Shown here: positions 1 through 9,815 of the stretch, piece after piece | Layout: each line of letters begins with the position of its first letter | Position numbering within the stretch: the stretch's first letter is position 1 | NCBI GenBank assembly: GCA_039630575.1 | Contig: JBCNUW010000002.1 | Span: 64,001-128,000 of the forward strand | Origin: Candidatus Hydrothermales bacterium | GTDB lineage: Bacteria > Hydrothermota > Hydrothermia > Hydrothermales > JAJRUZ01 | Reading direction: 5' to 3' | Length of the DNA: 64,000 bases | Translations under genes and position numbers: made by a program | The notes under the pieces: generated by a model | What the model was told of the DNA's origin: nothing | The model's database searches: none | What the model saw: only the letters and a program-made list of their open reading frames with translations

Positions 1-2134
1 CTATGAAAATTGAAATCTCTGACTCTTGTGGCTTTCCTTTATAATCGTTAACCTTTACTTTAATCTTTGCTTTTTCCTGCGGTAAATACCTTTTCTTTTC
101 GAGCTCAAAAGTTATATTTAATCTCTTACTTTCAGAATTTACTTTGATTTCCTTTTTTGCTTCATAAAAATTTAATTTTCTGTTTCCTGAAATACTTATA
201 TGGAAGTTTGGGATGTGAATTTCTTTGATTTTAAACTCAATAATTCCAGTATTCTTTTCAATCCTTACAACTCCAACTTTTTCAATTCCGTAATTTTCAA
301 TTGTATAAAATAAGTATCCTCTTTCAAAGGGTGAAAAGATAATTGCCTTTAATCTTTCACCAGGTATGTACTCTTTTTTCTCAGTTATAATCTCAATTCT
401 ATTCTCTTCATATTCAAAAGTGTATCCTTCTTCATAGACATAAACATTAGCATGACTAGATAATAAAAATTCCTTTTCATCTTTAAATTCCATGGCTATT
501 TTAAACCAACCTGCTTTAACTGCTTTTACCTTTAGAATTCCTTTTCCTTCTTTAATTTTTATGTCATACTCTTTTTCAAAAATTTTAATTTTTACATTCC
601 CTTCTTTTAATCCCTTACCTTCAAGATCTATAACATTAGCGTATATTTCAATTTCTTCTCCCTTTTTATAGCTATATTTATCAGTAGTTAAAAAAGTGTA
701 ATATTTGCTTCTTCCTGCTTTAAAAAATCCCTTTTCTCTTTGTTCAAGACCACTTTCATCTTCAAGAGATACATCAACTATATAAGTGTAATATCTGTCA
801 ATCTCCTGAATTTCGTATTCATGAACAAGTTCACCTCTTTCATTCAAATTACCTTCTATTTCATCTAAGAATTCCTGTTCCCATGTATACTCATAAAATT
901 CATGGTCATAGTAAAAGGGTCTTCTTGAAATTTTTAACTTAACTTTGCCTTGTGAGACAGGTGCCCCAAAGAAGTATTCTCCCTTTATTTTAATTTTTGC
1001 CTTTTCACCTGTTGTCAAAACCTTTGGTTCTACATCTACTTTTACTGAAAATTCAGGTTTTCTATATGCTTCAACTTTGAATATTTGAGAAAATTCTTTG
1101 TCTTTAAAATTTGCGTTTATTCTATAAGTCCCAAGATTTGCATTTTCTGGCAAAATGAGTGAATCATAACATGTGCCAAATTCGTTTGTGTTTAATTCTT
1201 TGTCATATAAAATATTATCCTTAGGGTTTAAAATTTTTACTCTTAAAGAACCTGTATAGGATCTGTAATTTTCTTCTTCTAAAATTCTTGCCACTATCTT
1301 GAAAAAAACTTTGTCATTTGGTCTATACAGTGGTCTATCTGTATAGATATAAATTCTTTCAGGTGGAAATTCTGCCCAAGGAGCATAAGATGTTGAAAGT
1401 GCTATACTTCCATTATAGGAGAGAATAACTTGAAAATCGTGAGCACTCTGTACTTCTTTCATTTTAAAATAGAAAATTCCGTTCTCGTCAGTTTTCCCTT
1501 CCTTTAATGTTTTTTCATTTAATTTTATACATACATTTGCTCCTTTTAGCGGTTCAGAAGTAAAAAGGTTTTGAGCAAAAAGATAGAAATTTTCTCTATC
1601 TTGTTTTGTTATAAATCCAATATCAGTTATTATAAGTGGTATGAATTTTCGTGAATAAGCGTTTGATACTTCTACAATATATACTCCTTTTTTGTACACA
1701 TTTATTTCAATATCCTTACTTATCCAAGTTTGTCCAAAGTCTTCTATCCATTCTTCAATAAGTTCATATTCTTTTAGAGGAGACGGAAATTTCAAGACTT
1801 CTTCTTCCAATTTTTTGATCTTGAAATTTTCTGTAATTTCCCTTCTTTCTTCTGTTTTTATATTTCTTCTAAAGTAATTTCTAATTTTTTTTCTAGCTTC
1901 TTTTATTCCTTTCTCAATACTCTCAAAAGTATTAAAAATTTTTCCCTTTTCTATTATGGTGGGATATAGTATGGAACTTGATTTTTTAAAAAATTCATAG
2001 CCATGTGGAACTTCATAAACCCTTATAATTGCTCTACCAATTCCGTATCCACTCAAATTGATCTTTGGCTTTTCGCCTACCAGATTAATTGAACTTTTTA
2101 AGTAAACATAAATAAAAAGTAAATTTACAAGCAT
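1..2134 (-). CDS. Alpha-2-macroglobulin family protein (MG2 domain, YfaS/YfhM-like), 3' end outside window
   Basis: Not in the ORF track because it runs off the edge. ATG at 2134 with GGAGG SD; in-frame IYIYTDRPLYRP (about 1320-1355) and FKVEAYRKPEF motifs typical of bacterial A2M; next to a DUF1175 gene. Confidence 0.88.
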   Translation of the reverse strand, partial: MLVNLLFIYVYLKSSINLVGEKPKINLSGYGIGRAIIRVYEVPHGYEFFKKSSSILYPTIIEKGKIFNTFESIEKGIKEARKKIRNYFRRNIKTEERREITENFKIKKLEEEVLKFPSPLKEYELIEEWIEDFGQTWISKDIEINVYKKGVYIVEVSNAYSRKFIPLIITDIGFITKQDRENFYLFAQNLFTSEPLKGANVCIKLNEKTLKEGKTDENGIFYFKMKEVQSAHDFQVILSYNGSIALSTSYAPWAEFPPERIYIYTDRPLYRPNDKVFFKIVARILEEENYRSYTGSLRVKILNPKDNILYDKELNTNEFGTCYDSLILPENANLGTYRINANFKDKEFSQIFKVEAYRKPEFSVKVDVEPKVLTTGEKAKIKIKGEYFFGAPVSQGKVKLKISRRPFYYDHEFYEYTWEQEFLDEIEGNLNERGELVHEYEIQEIDRYYTYIVDVSLEDESGLEQREKGFFKAGRSKYYTFLTTDKYSYKKGEEIEIYANVIDLEGKGLKEGNVKIKIFEKEYDIKIKEGKGILKVKAVKAGWFKIAMEFKDEKEFLLSSHANVYVYEEGYTFEYEENRIEIITEKKEYIPGERLKAIIFSPFERGYLFYTIENYGIEKVGVVRIEKNTGIIEFKIKEIHIPNFHISISGNRKLNFYEAKKEIKVNSESKRLNITFELEKKRYLPQEKAKIKVKVNDYKGKPQESEISIFI

Positions 2135-2180
2135 ATTTTTTACCTCCTACTTATTATATTGCTTTACTTAAATATTAAAA

Positions 2181-2741
2181 TTAATCCTCAAAATATTTCA
2201 ATCTAAAAAATCCAAGAAAGTTTTCATTTGAAGGAATAGGATACCATATAGGATCGGGGTGTTTAAAAATTAGATTATATTTTATCAGTTTAAATTCACC
2301 TTTTTTTCTCTCAGATGGACCTGTATGATAAATCAAATATTCATCATTTTCTATTCTTAGATAAACAATTGAATGATAGGGAAATTCTTGCTTTGGATTA
2401 TAATAGAACAAAATATCACCAGATTCTAAATTTATCCTCTCTTTATTTTTTCCAAGAAAGATAGTATTATATAAAATTAAATTTTTAACATCCGCAAAAG
2501 AAGAGTAAATAAAATCTCCTTTCTCTTTAACTAAAAAGGGATTTTTTTTATTTATATTTAACTTTATACCTTTAAAGTCTGACAAAGCTTTAATAAGAGC
2601 CATTCTTATGAAATGAGCACAATCCACAATATTAGTATCTTTTTTTAAAAATATATCTATGAGATTTTCTACAAATTTTTTCCTTAGAATTTCTCTATCA
2701 CTGAGTACACCTACTGTCAAAAAAAATATAAAAGTCATCAT
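2181..2741 (-). CDS. DUF1175 (YfaT-like) family protein
   Basis: DCAHFIR, YHTGP and HPDPIWYP..N.NFLGFFRL motifs; yfaT normally lies beside the A2M gene yfaS. Confidence 0.8.
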   Translation of the reverse strand: MMTFIFFLTVGVLSDREILRKKFVENLIDIFLKKDTNIVDCAHFIRMALIKALSDFKGIKLNINKKNPFLVKEKGDFIYSSFADVKNLILYNTIFLGKNKERINLESGDILFYYNPKQEFPYHSIVYLRIENDEYLIYHTGPSERKKGEFKLIKYNLIFKHPDPIWYPIPSNENFLGFFRLKYFED

Positions 2742-2750
2742 TTTGAAAAA

Positions 2751-4550
2751 TTAGAATTTTTTGTAAATTACCTTTTTATCTTTTGTTTGTACAGGGATAT
2801 TTATCCCTGAAATTTTTTCACCAGGTAAAATTTTAATCAAAATTGGGGGAGACAAAACTATATTTATAATAGGGACAGAGAGTATTTTTATTTCGTAAGT
2901 TCCAGGAATTAAGGCATTTAAATGAAATTTTCCATTTTCATCAGTGATACTTGAATTTCCGTTCACCAAAATTACAACATCCCTTAATCCATCTTCATCA
3001 TTATCTTTTTTACCATTTTTATTTTTATCCAAAAAAACAATTCCTTCAATTTCACCAAGGGAAACAAGAGGTATGTAAAAATTTTTAACTCCGAAGATTC
3101 CAATCTCAAATTCTATCTTCTCACCTAAACTACTACCAACTTCTTTTGGAAAAGCTCCGTATTTTATTTCAATTTTATGTATACCTGGTTTTAAAAATGA
3201 AAAATTAAATTTTCCATATTCATTAGTTATTAATTCCCTTTTGTTATCAATAACTACTTTTATATTCTTTGCAGGTTTTTCTCCTGGGTCATATTTAAAA
3301 TTGCCATTTTCATCTATAAATATGAATCCGTAAACTCTTCCAAAACCAACTTCTTGAGTTAAAAATGCTCCTGATAATGAAAAGGATAGATTTGCGTAAC
3401 TTTTATCATTTACTTTTGTTATTACAAATGAGGTTAAGATGTTAAAACTTAAGTAGTTTAACCTAAAGGAAGAACTATATAATTTATTACTCTTTTCCCT
3501 TCCAAACGCTATAGAAAAATAAAAATTGTTTTTTAAATTATAGTCTAATAAAAATCTAAAATAATCTTTTTTTGAAATAGCAAATTCATAGGAAAAAGGA
3601 CTTTTTCTAAATTCAAACCTTAAATGATTTCTTTCTTCTCTTAACTTTCTGTGATTAAATGTAACATTTATATACTTTTTACTATAAGAAACTTCAAATC
3701 CTCTTACAAATAGAATATTTTTGTTAATTTCGAAACCTCCCATTAAGGTTATTATAGGTAAAAACTTAAGGTTTATTTTTATATCATTCTCGTTCAAAAA
3801 ATTAAAGGAGTTTGAATTAAAGTAATGAAACTTTCCAGTGTAAGTTAGAAAGGGTTTTATCCGTAAAAATGATGAGGAAAAAATTCCCAAATAATAATCT
3901 TTCGAATCATAGAAAGTTCCGTATTTTTTTGTTTTTAATTTATAAACAAGATTAAACCCTCTATTTTCTTTTAAGTGACTAATTCTAGCTTCAGTAGCAG
4001 CACCAAGATAAAAGTCTACTAAGGAAAAACCTATCGCTTTTTCAATATCAAAATAACTACTTGAATATTTAACATAATTTGAAAATAAAATTATTGCATT
4101 CTTATTAAAATCTTTCTCAACTAAAAAAGAAAATTTAAAAGGAGAAAGTGTTTTTAAAAAAAGGTAATCAAAATAGATTAGATATTCATTTTTAGTAAAA
4201 TCGGGAATAACCTCACCAGTATTTCTTCTTTTTCCAATTAAAAAAATAAAATTTTTATCAGAAAACTTTAATCCTCTTAAATACTTATTTACACCAAAAG
4301 GAGAGTATAGATAAAAATTTAAATCAAAGATAGAAATCTTTTTTTTATTTAATAAAAAATTTAAATTTAGATTGTCAAGATAAAAAAAATTGTTAGTTTT
4401 TATAAATCTTAATGAAAGATCAAAATCTTTTTGGGAATAAAAAGAGGAAAAGTAATAACTTTCTCCATAATAGGAAGGGTAGAATTGATTCTGTGAGTAA
4501 ATTGAAAAAGAAAAATATCTTAAAAGGATTATATAAATTATCAATTTCAA
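2751..4550 (-). CDS. Putative outer-membrane usher-like protein with two C-terminal SdrD-B-like domains
   Basis: Aromatic-rich alternating beta-strand N-terminal region; two G.vf.D.N.NG..D..E repeats at the C-terminus. Confidence 0.55.
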   Translation of the reverse strand: MKLIIYIILLRYFSFSIYSQNQFYPSYYGESYYFSSFYSQKDFDLSLRFIKTNNFFYLDNLNLNFLLNKKKISIFDLNFYLYSPFGVNKYLRGLKFSDKNFIFLIGKRRNTGEVIPDFTKNEYLIYFDYLFLKTLSPFKFSFLVEKDFNKNAIILFSNYVKYSSSYFDIEKAIGFSLVDFYLGAATEARISHLKENRGFNLVYKLKTKKYGTFYDSKDYYLGIFSSSFLRIKPFLTYTGKFHYFNSNSFNFLNENDIKINLKFLPIITLMGGFEINKNILFVRGFEVSYSKKYINVTFNHRKLREERNHLRFEFRKSPFSYEFAISKKDYFRFLLDYNLKNNFYFSIAFGREKSNKLYSSSFRLNYLSFNILTSFVITKVNDKSYANLSFSLSGAFLTQEVGFGRVYGFIFIDENGNFKYDPGEKPAKNIKVVIDNKRELITNEYGKFNFSFLKPGIHKIEIKYGAFPKEVGSSLGEKIEFEIGIFGVKNFYIPLVSLGEIEGIVFLDKNKNGKKDNDEDGLRDVVILVNGNSSITDENGKFHLNALIPGTYEIKILSVPIINIVLSPPILIKILPGEKISGINIPVQTKDKKVIYKKF

Positions 4551-5278
4551 GGTAAATCTATATCTTTTTCTCCTAAAAGAATTTCAGAACCACCGTAGTC
4601 AATTTCACAAAAAAGGGTGTATTTTCCTTTTTTTATATTTTCTTTTATCTCAAAGGAAAATTTTCTTTTTTTAAGTGGTAAGATCACGAGGTCTTTAAAT
4701 TCTCTTTCAAAAACATTTTCCTTTTTTTCATCTAAAATATACACCTTGCCTTTTGTTCTAATATGCACAGGTAATGGATTCTCAATTATAAAATAAATTA
4801 CATTTTTTTCTTTTCCAATATCTATTAAACTTGGAGGGAAAATTGAAAAACCATTTTTAACCATAGCATAGATAGGGACCCCAATTTCACCAACAATCCG
4901 AACCTGTGCAGTTTTTTCAAGTTTTGGATAAGCTTTTATTATTACCATACACCACTTTTCATAAGATTCCATGGTGTCGGGTAATGTAAACAAGACTCTT
5001 ATTTCTTTTTTTTCATTTTTTTCGATATCAAAACTCCTAGGAATAATTTTTACAAATGGAGAAAGAGAAAACTTAAAAGTACCAGGAGGTTTAAACTCCA
5101 CTTCTCCATTTTCGTTAATATTAAAATCTTCAACAAAAATTTCAATATGAGAAGAAAAGTTATGTGCTTCAATTTCTAAGACCTCTACATATTCTTTTCC
5201 CTTCAAATAGAAATTTTCAATCCGTGGAGGCTCTACAAAAATATTAACTTGACTAAAAAATATAAACATTATGTTCAT
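4547..5278 (-). CDS. Putative PapD-like/fimbrial periplasmic chaperone
   Basis: N-terminal V.PPRIE strand, P.SF.I..NEKKEIRV and IENP..VHIR..G segments, two Ig-like halves; lies between subunit-like and usher-like genes. Confidence 0.55.
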   Translation of the reverse strand: MNIMFIFFSQVNIFVEPPRIENFYLKGKEYVEVLEIEAHNFSSHIEIFVEDFNINENGEVEFKPPGTFKFSLSPFVKIIPRSFDIEKNEKKEIRVLFTLPDTMESYEKWCMVIIKAYPKLEKTAQVRIVGEIGVPIYAMVKNGFSIFPPSLIDIGKEKNVIYFIIENPLPVHIRTKGKVYILDEKKENVFEREFKDLVILPLKKRKFSFEIKENIKKGKYTLFCEIDYGGSEILLGEKDIDLP

Positions 5279-5769
5279 AGCGCAAAAAATCTAAAAGAAA
5301 CTGTAGTTTTAAATTCACCTGACTCGTCGTCAAAATCAGCCATAAATAAAAAATCCTTATCATACCTCCTCCACCTGGGGATAGGCCTTGTTCCAGAATC
5401 AAGTACTTTGTATTCGGTTGAAATTTGTATCCAGGGATAAGAGGGAAAACTACCCTCAGGAGGTGGAGGTGTACCAGAAGGTGCAACCAGAAGTTGAGTT
5501 AAGGTAATTGAAGAGGAAAAATCATAACCTCCTTTTATCATCAAATACCATGTGTTCCAATCACCTGGCCTTATAAAAATCTCAACAACAAGACCCCTAG
5601 GATTTAATAAACTTGCTTCGTTAGGATAATAGTAAGAAGGAAATAAATAAGGAGGATAAGTAAAAGAGGGACCAACTGGATTCTTTAAATCAAAAAGTAA
5701 ATTTGAGTCTACATATAAGCCTAATGCCCCTGTTTGAGATATTATAAAAAGTAAAGTTGAAATACCTAT
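5275..5769 (-). CDS. Pilin/fimbrial subunit-like protein, paralog 2 (164 aa, probable ATA start)
   Basis: Frame is open from 5769, right after the upstream TAA, to 5275. LGLYVDSN, TYPPYLFPSYYYPN, QLLVAPSGT.PP.EG and TVSFRFFAL align with 5770..6378. The ORF track captured only 5275..5544. Confidence 0.7.
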   Translation of the reverse strand: MGISTLLFIISQTGALGLYVDSNLLFDLKNPVGPSFTYPPYLFPSYYYPNEASLLNPRGLVVEIFIRPGDWNTWYLMIKGGYDFSSSITLTQLLVAPSGTPPPPEGSFPSYPWIQISTEYKVLDSGTRPIPRWRRYDKDFLFMADFDDESGEFKTTVSFRFFAL

Positions 5770-6378
5770 TTACTGAGCATAAAGTCTGAAAGAAACTGTT
5801 ACACTATAATTTCCTGGTTCATCGTCTTCATCTGTCACAAATAGAAAATCTTTTGGATATGAAGCCCATCCATTAGTTTTCCCTCCAGAATTCAACTGTT
5901 GATACTGTGTAGAAAGAGAAAGCCAAGGAGCAGAAGGTAACTGTCCCTCGGAAGGTGGAGTTGATCCATCAGGAGCAACAAGTAGTTGGGAGATTGGTAT
6001 TGTTGTGTGGAAATTGCCACTTCCTCTAATTTCTAAAAACCATGTCATCGTAGCTGAATTTGAAAAAACTTGTACATAAACACCCTGTGGATTTATTGTT
6101 GAAGCAGTATTTGGATAGTAGTATCCTGGGAAAACTGTAGGAGGATATGTTTGTGAGGGTGAACCTGTTGCAGGAGTATAAAGATCCCATCCGATATTTG
6201 CATCAACATAAAGACCAATTCTTGCTGGAATTCTAAGGGTAGCATTTATGTTTACTATAAGGGTATCCTGGGGAGCAAAACCTCCAAGTCTTTGTCCTGG
6301 TCCTCCTATTATTTGATTTGAAGAAAGAGAACCTATAGAAAAGCTTATTATAAAAATTATTAAAGTTAACTTCTTCAT
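5770..6378 (-). CDS. Secreted pilin/fimbrial major subunit-like protein, paralog 1
   Basis: Classical signal peptide (MKKLTLIIFII), SD AAGGAG, T/S/P/G-rich beta protein ending in VTVSFRLYAQ; first gene of the operon. Confidence 0.6.
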   Translation of the reverse strand: MKKLTLIIFIISFSIGSLSSNQIIGGPGQRLGGFAPQDTLIVNINATLRIPARIGLYVDANIGWDLYTPATGSPSQTYPPTVFPGYYYPNTASTINPQGVYVQVFSNSATMTWFLEIRGSGNFHTTIPISQLLVAPDGSTPPSEGQLPSAPWLSLSTQYQQLNSGGKTNGWASYPKDFLFVTDEDDEPGNYSVTVSFRLYAQ

Positions 6379-7249
6379 ATTTCTCTCCTTTTTATTTTGT
6401 AATTATAACTTCTAAAATATTAATTTTCAATAATACCTTCTTTAAGACATTTATCTTTTATTTTTAGTTCACCTATCTATTTAGTAAAAATTTTTTACCT
6501 TAAGTTTTAATGTTTTTAGATGGAAGATTCATTAACATTAATTTTATGAGTACATTATTTTTGAAAATTCATTCGTGGTAAACTTTCAAGAAGTATATGC
6601 TTAAAATTAAACAAAATAAGTTTTTGATTTCAGTTTAAATAAAGCGTAAAACTTTTGAAATTATCTGTTTATTACTTTTTGATTTATGAATGCCTTTCTA
6701 ATTCCATGGCAAAATGTAAATAATTTCTCACTGTTTTATTTTTAAAGTAAAAAAAATTTCAATTGACGAATAGGATCAAAAATTTATTTAAAATTCAACT
6801 TTAAGCTTCACATAAGAATCTTTAAAATATTAAAAAATCTTCTAAAATTACAGATATTAAAAATTATTAGTAAAGAATTAAAAAATAAATTTTTGATTGG
6901 ACTTCACGTAAGCTTTTTACTTAGATTAAAATCTGATAATGTAATAACAATGTAATCAGTTTTTATAAATCTTTTTTTTCTCTAACTTTTACTTTAAAAA
7001 TAAGAATTAGAACAACATTTGCCCCTTAAGAAAAAGATTAAGAAAATTTTACAATTTTAGTTATTCTCTTTTATTCGTTTTTTTTAAAAAATGAATCTTC
7101 TCAGAATTTGTGAGTTTATCCTTCTTAAAAATTAGATAATTAAATTTAAGAGGTATCACGGAAAAAAACTGAGTAAGGTATTTCACTGGTTGTTTTGTCC
7201 AAAAAATTTACTTTTAAAAATTTGTTAATAACTATTTTAAATATCTAGT

Positions 7250-8681
7250 AGTGGGTATGATACTCGTAGAAGTTAAAAATTCTAATTCCGAAAGCCTTGA
7301 ATATGATGCTGAATCCTAAAAATGATCTTGGCTATATGAGGTTCAGAATTAGATACGAGAAGAAGTTTACCTCCTTTGAAAAGCAATTACTGATAATTCA
7401 ACTTTGAATATATCAGCGATCGTTTCAGTGTCAAGAAATAAAAGAATAAAGAAAATAAGAACTCTGGTAGAGAGATTAAATATGGAACAGATTTGTAAGA
7501 AGTAGAAGTGTTTCTTTGATATGGATACCCTTTACTATTTAGCATATATGCCATAAAGATCAAGCTATGGGGCTTTTATAAGATATGTAACAGGAGCTTA
7601 TTTAGATACAGTATTTCATTATGGTTCTTCAGATGGAATTAACTTAATCGCAAAGCGTCATATTTATGGAGAAGTAAAGGATTTTATATAAAGCAATTTG
7701 AAATTCTTGTGGAAGTGAAAAAAATTTATGCATTCATTGTTTATAATTATGAAGGGACAACAAATACTAAAGCTTTAAGGGTCAGAGGAATTAAAGCAGA
7801 TGGAAATGCTGTAAGTTGGGCTAATATTACAAAACCTATTGATCCAATAGAAAGATTTCAGTTGATATAAATGAAAATCTTTGTTGTGTTTATTTAAAAC
7901 CAGATGGAATTTATACAGAACCTGTTTAATTAAAAGAGGTGTAACTTGGGAAACACCTTTTTTAGTGGCTTCAAAAGACAGAAAGGATCGTGAAATTGAT
8001 TTTAGTACTCGCGAGGTTATTCTACATATCTTATATGGTCTATTATAGAATTATAAGAATTTAATTTATCAAAATAATTATACAAAAATGGAGGAAGAAA
8101 CAGGACATATGGTGTATAGCCATCGACATATTATCCCTATGGAGATATAATTTATCCCTGGATAGATACAGAATTTGACCATCCTTATGTATGTGTTGCT
8201 TTTGGTTAAATCTATCAATCAACCTTTGATCAATAATAACAGCATATGCATCAGTAAATTATCCTACAATATAGTGAGATAGAACTGTCATAAATGGCTA
8301 CAGTGTAATTATATTAATGCCTAGTAAAATTTTAATTAATCTCTCGCTTGTAGGAAAAGTAACTCCTTGTAGCAAGCTACAAGCTGAAGTGTATGGATTG
8401 ACTGGTCCTAAAATGTAGGGGTTAAAGAATTTGTAAAAAGTACTTCTTAAGGTTTTTTAATAATTCCAAAAAAAGGTTATGCAATTTTAAAGTTTTCTTC
8501 ACCATATGAAAAGAATTTGAAGGAATGTATTAAGGGTTATGAGAATTCCGACTCAGGAGGTCATACTTTCAAAATTAAGTTACCCAGTGAAGGAGTTTAT
8601 TTCCTTAAATTACCTGATAAAGAGGCAAAGATTATAAATATAGAGTTATTAAAAAGGGGCGCGAAGAGTTTAATATATTAG
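7250..8681 (+). pseudogene. Decayed T9SS-type cargo gene (Asp-box-like fragments and C-terminal sorting domain)
   Basis: Many stops and frameshifts; fragments YGSSDGIN and RGVTWETP; tail VGVKE...GHTFKIKLPSEGVYFLKL resembles the intact CTDs in this window. 5' boundary approximate. Confidence 0.6.
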
Positions 8682-8812
8682 TGGTACAATATCACCTACC
8701 GTTATTTTTAAAATTTTTGTCCCTACTTAGGCTTTTATAAATATTTTTACATTTATTTTTACTTCACTTACTTTAAATTCTTTAACAATTAAATTGCTCT
8801 ATCAACCTTATA

Positions 8813-9719
8813 TCTATTTTTTACATTTATTTTTTAAAAATGCTTGATTTACAATAATTTTTGAAAACAAAATTTGGGCATGGCACTATGTAAACTTTTC
8901 TTCAATTTAAAAGTCCAAAGAAATTGTTGGTGGATTCTTTATCCTGAGCACTTCTCTATTATCTTACCAGCAACACCTTGACTTTTTAATATAATGCTTC
9001 TAAATCTTGCTTTACTTCTAAAAAAGATATTCTTTTATTTTATGATAAAAAGGTTCCACCATTAATTTGTTTTTTAATTCTCTAAGTATTTTTTCTATAT
9101 ACCTTAAAACTATCTCCTCAGAGTATCTAAAATTAGTTATTTTTTAAAAGACAATATACACCATATCTATCCTCATACTTTCTTTTTCTACTTTTAAATA
9201 TCTTCTAAAAAAGCTTTTTTAATAATCACTTCCTCTCTAATGAAACTCTAACACCTTTTTTCGTTTTCTCTCTTTTTCCTTTTCCTCTTTGTTCACACGT
9301 AAAATATATCTACTCCTCAATCTCATCTTATTTTTATGATATAACTTTATTCCTTCTATATCATCTATTTGGTAATCTTGCAGTTTTCTATATTATCCTA
9401 AACTATTTGAAGGATTAATGGGACTTTGCAACACTAAAAGATTTACAGATCTTTTTCTAAATTGCTGCTTTCTTTTAACTTATCCAACTTTACTGATTAC
9501 ATATAACTCCTTAACTTGCTTTACCGAAACTCTGTATTTTCCATTTTTTGAGTCTTAAAAACATAGTACTATTATAATATTCGAATTTTAATATAAGTCA
9601 AGGAAAGTAAACTATAGATTTTTAGTAGCGTGGCACTATGTTTTTAAAAATTGAAATAAAAAATCCTTTTAAAATAAGGACTTTCACAACTTAAATACCA
9701 AGAAAGTGTAAAAAATGGG
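8813..9719 (-). mobile_element. Internally deleted, degenerate IS1634-family insertion sequence
   Basis: Minus-strand fragments MFLRLKK (ATG 9564), KLDKLKESSNLEKICKS, EEIVLRYIEKILRELKNKLMVEPFYHK, DLEALY, GVAGKII and RI.PTI match the IS1634 transposase layout; tentative IRs TCTATTTTTTACA (8813) / TGTAAAAAATGGG (9707-9719); repeated TGGCACTATGT at 8881 and 9632. Confidence 0.7.
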
Positions 9720-9815
9720 TAATAGGAATAGATGTTGAAGATAAAATTTAGAAAAGATATTTGAGAATTTTTGTATAGGGAAATAAATTTACTCAATAAG
9801 ACTTTTATTTTTTTT

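Noticed and set aside
6380..7250. Riboswitch (for example c-di-GMP) or ncRNA upstream of the pilus-like operon
   Set aside because: Very AT-rich with no recognisable aptamer motif or stable stem by eye; an Infernal search would be needed to exclude it.
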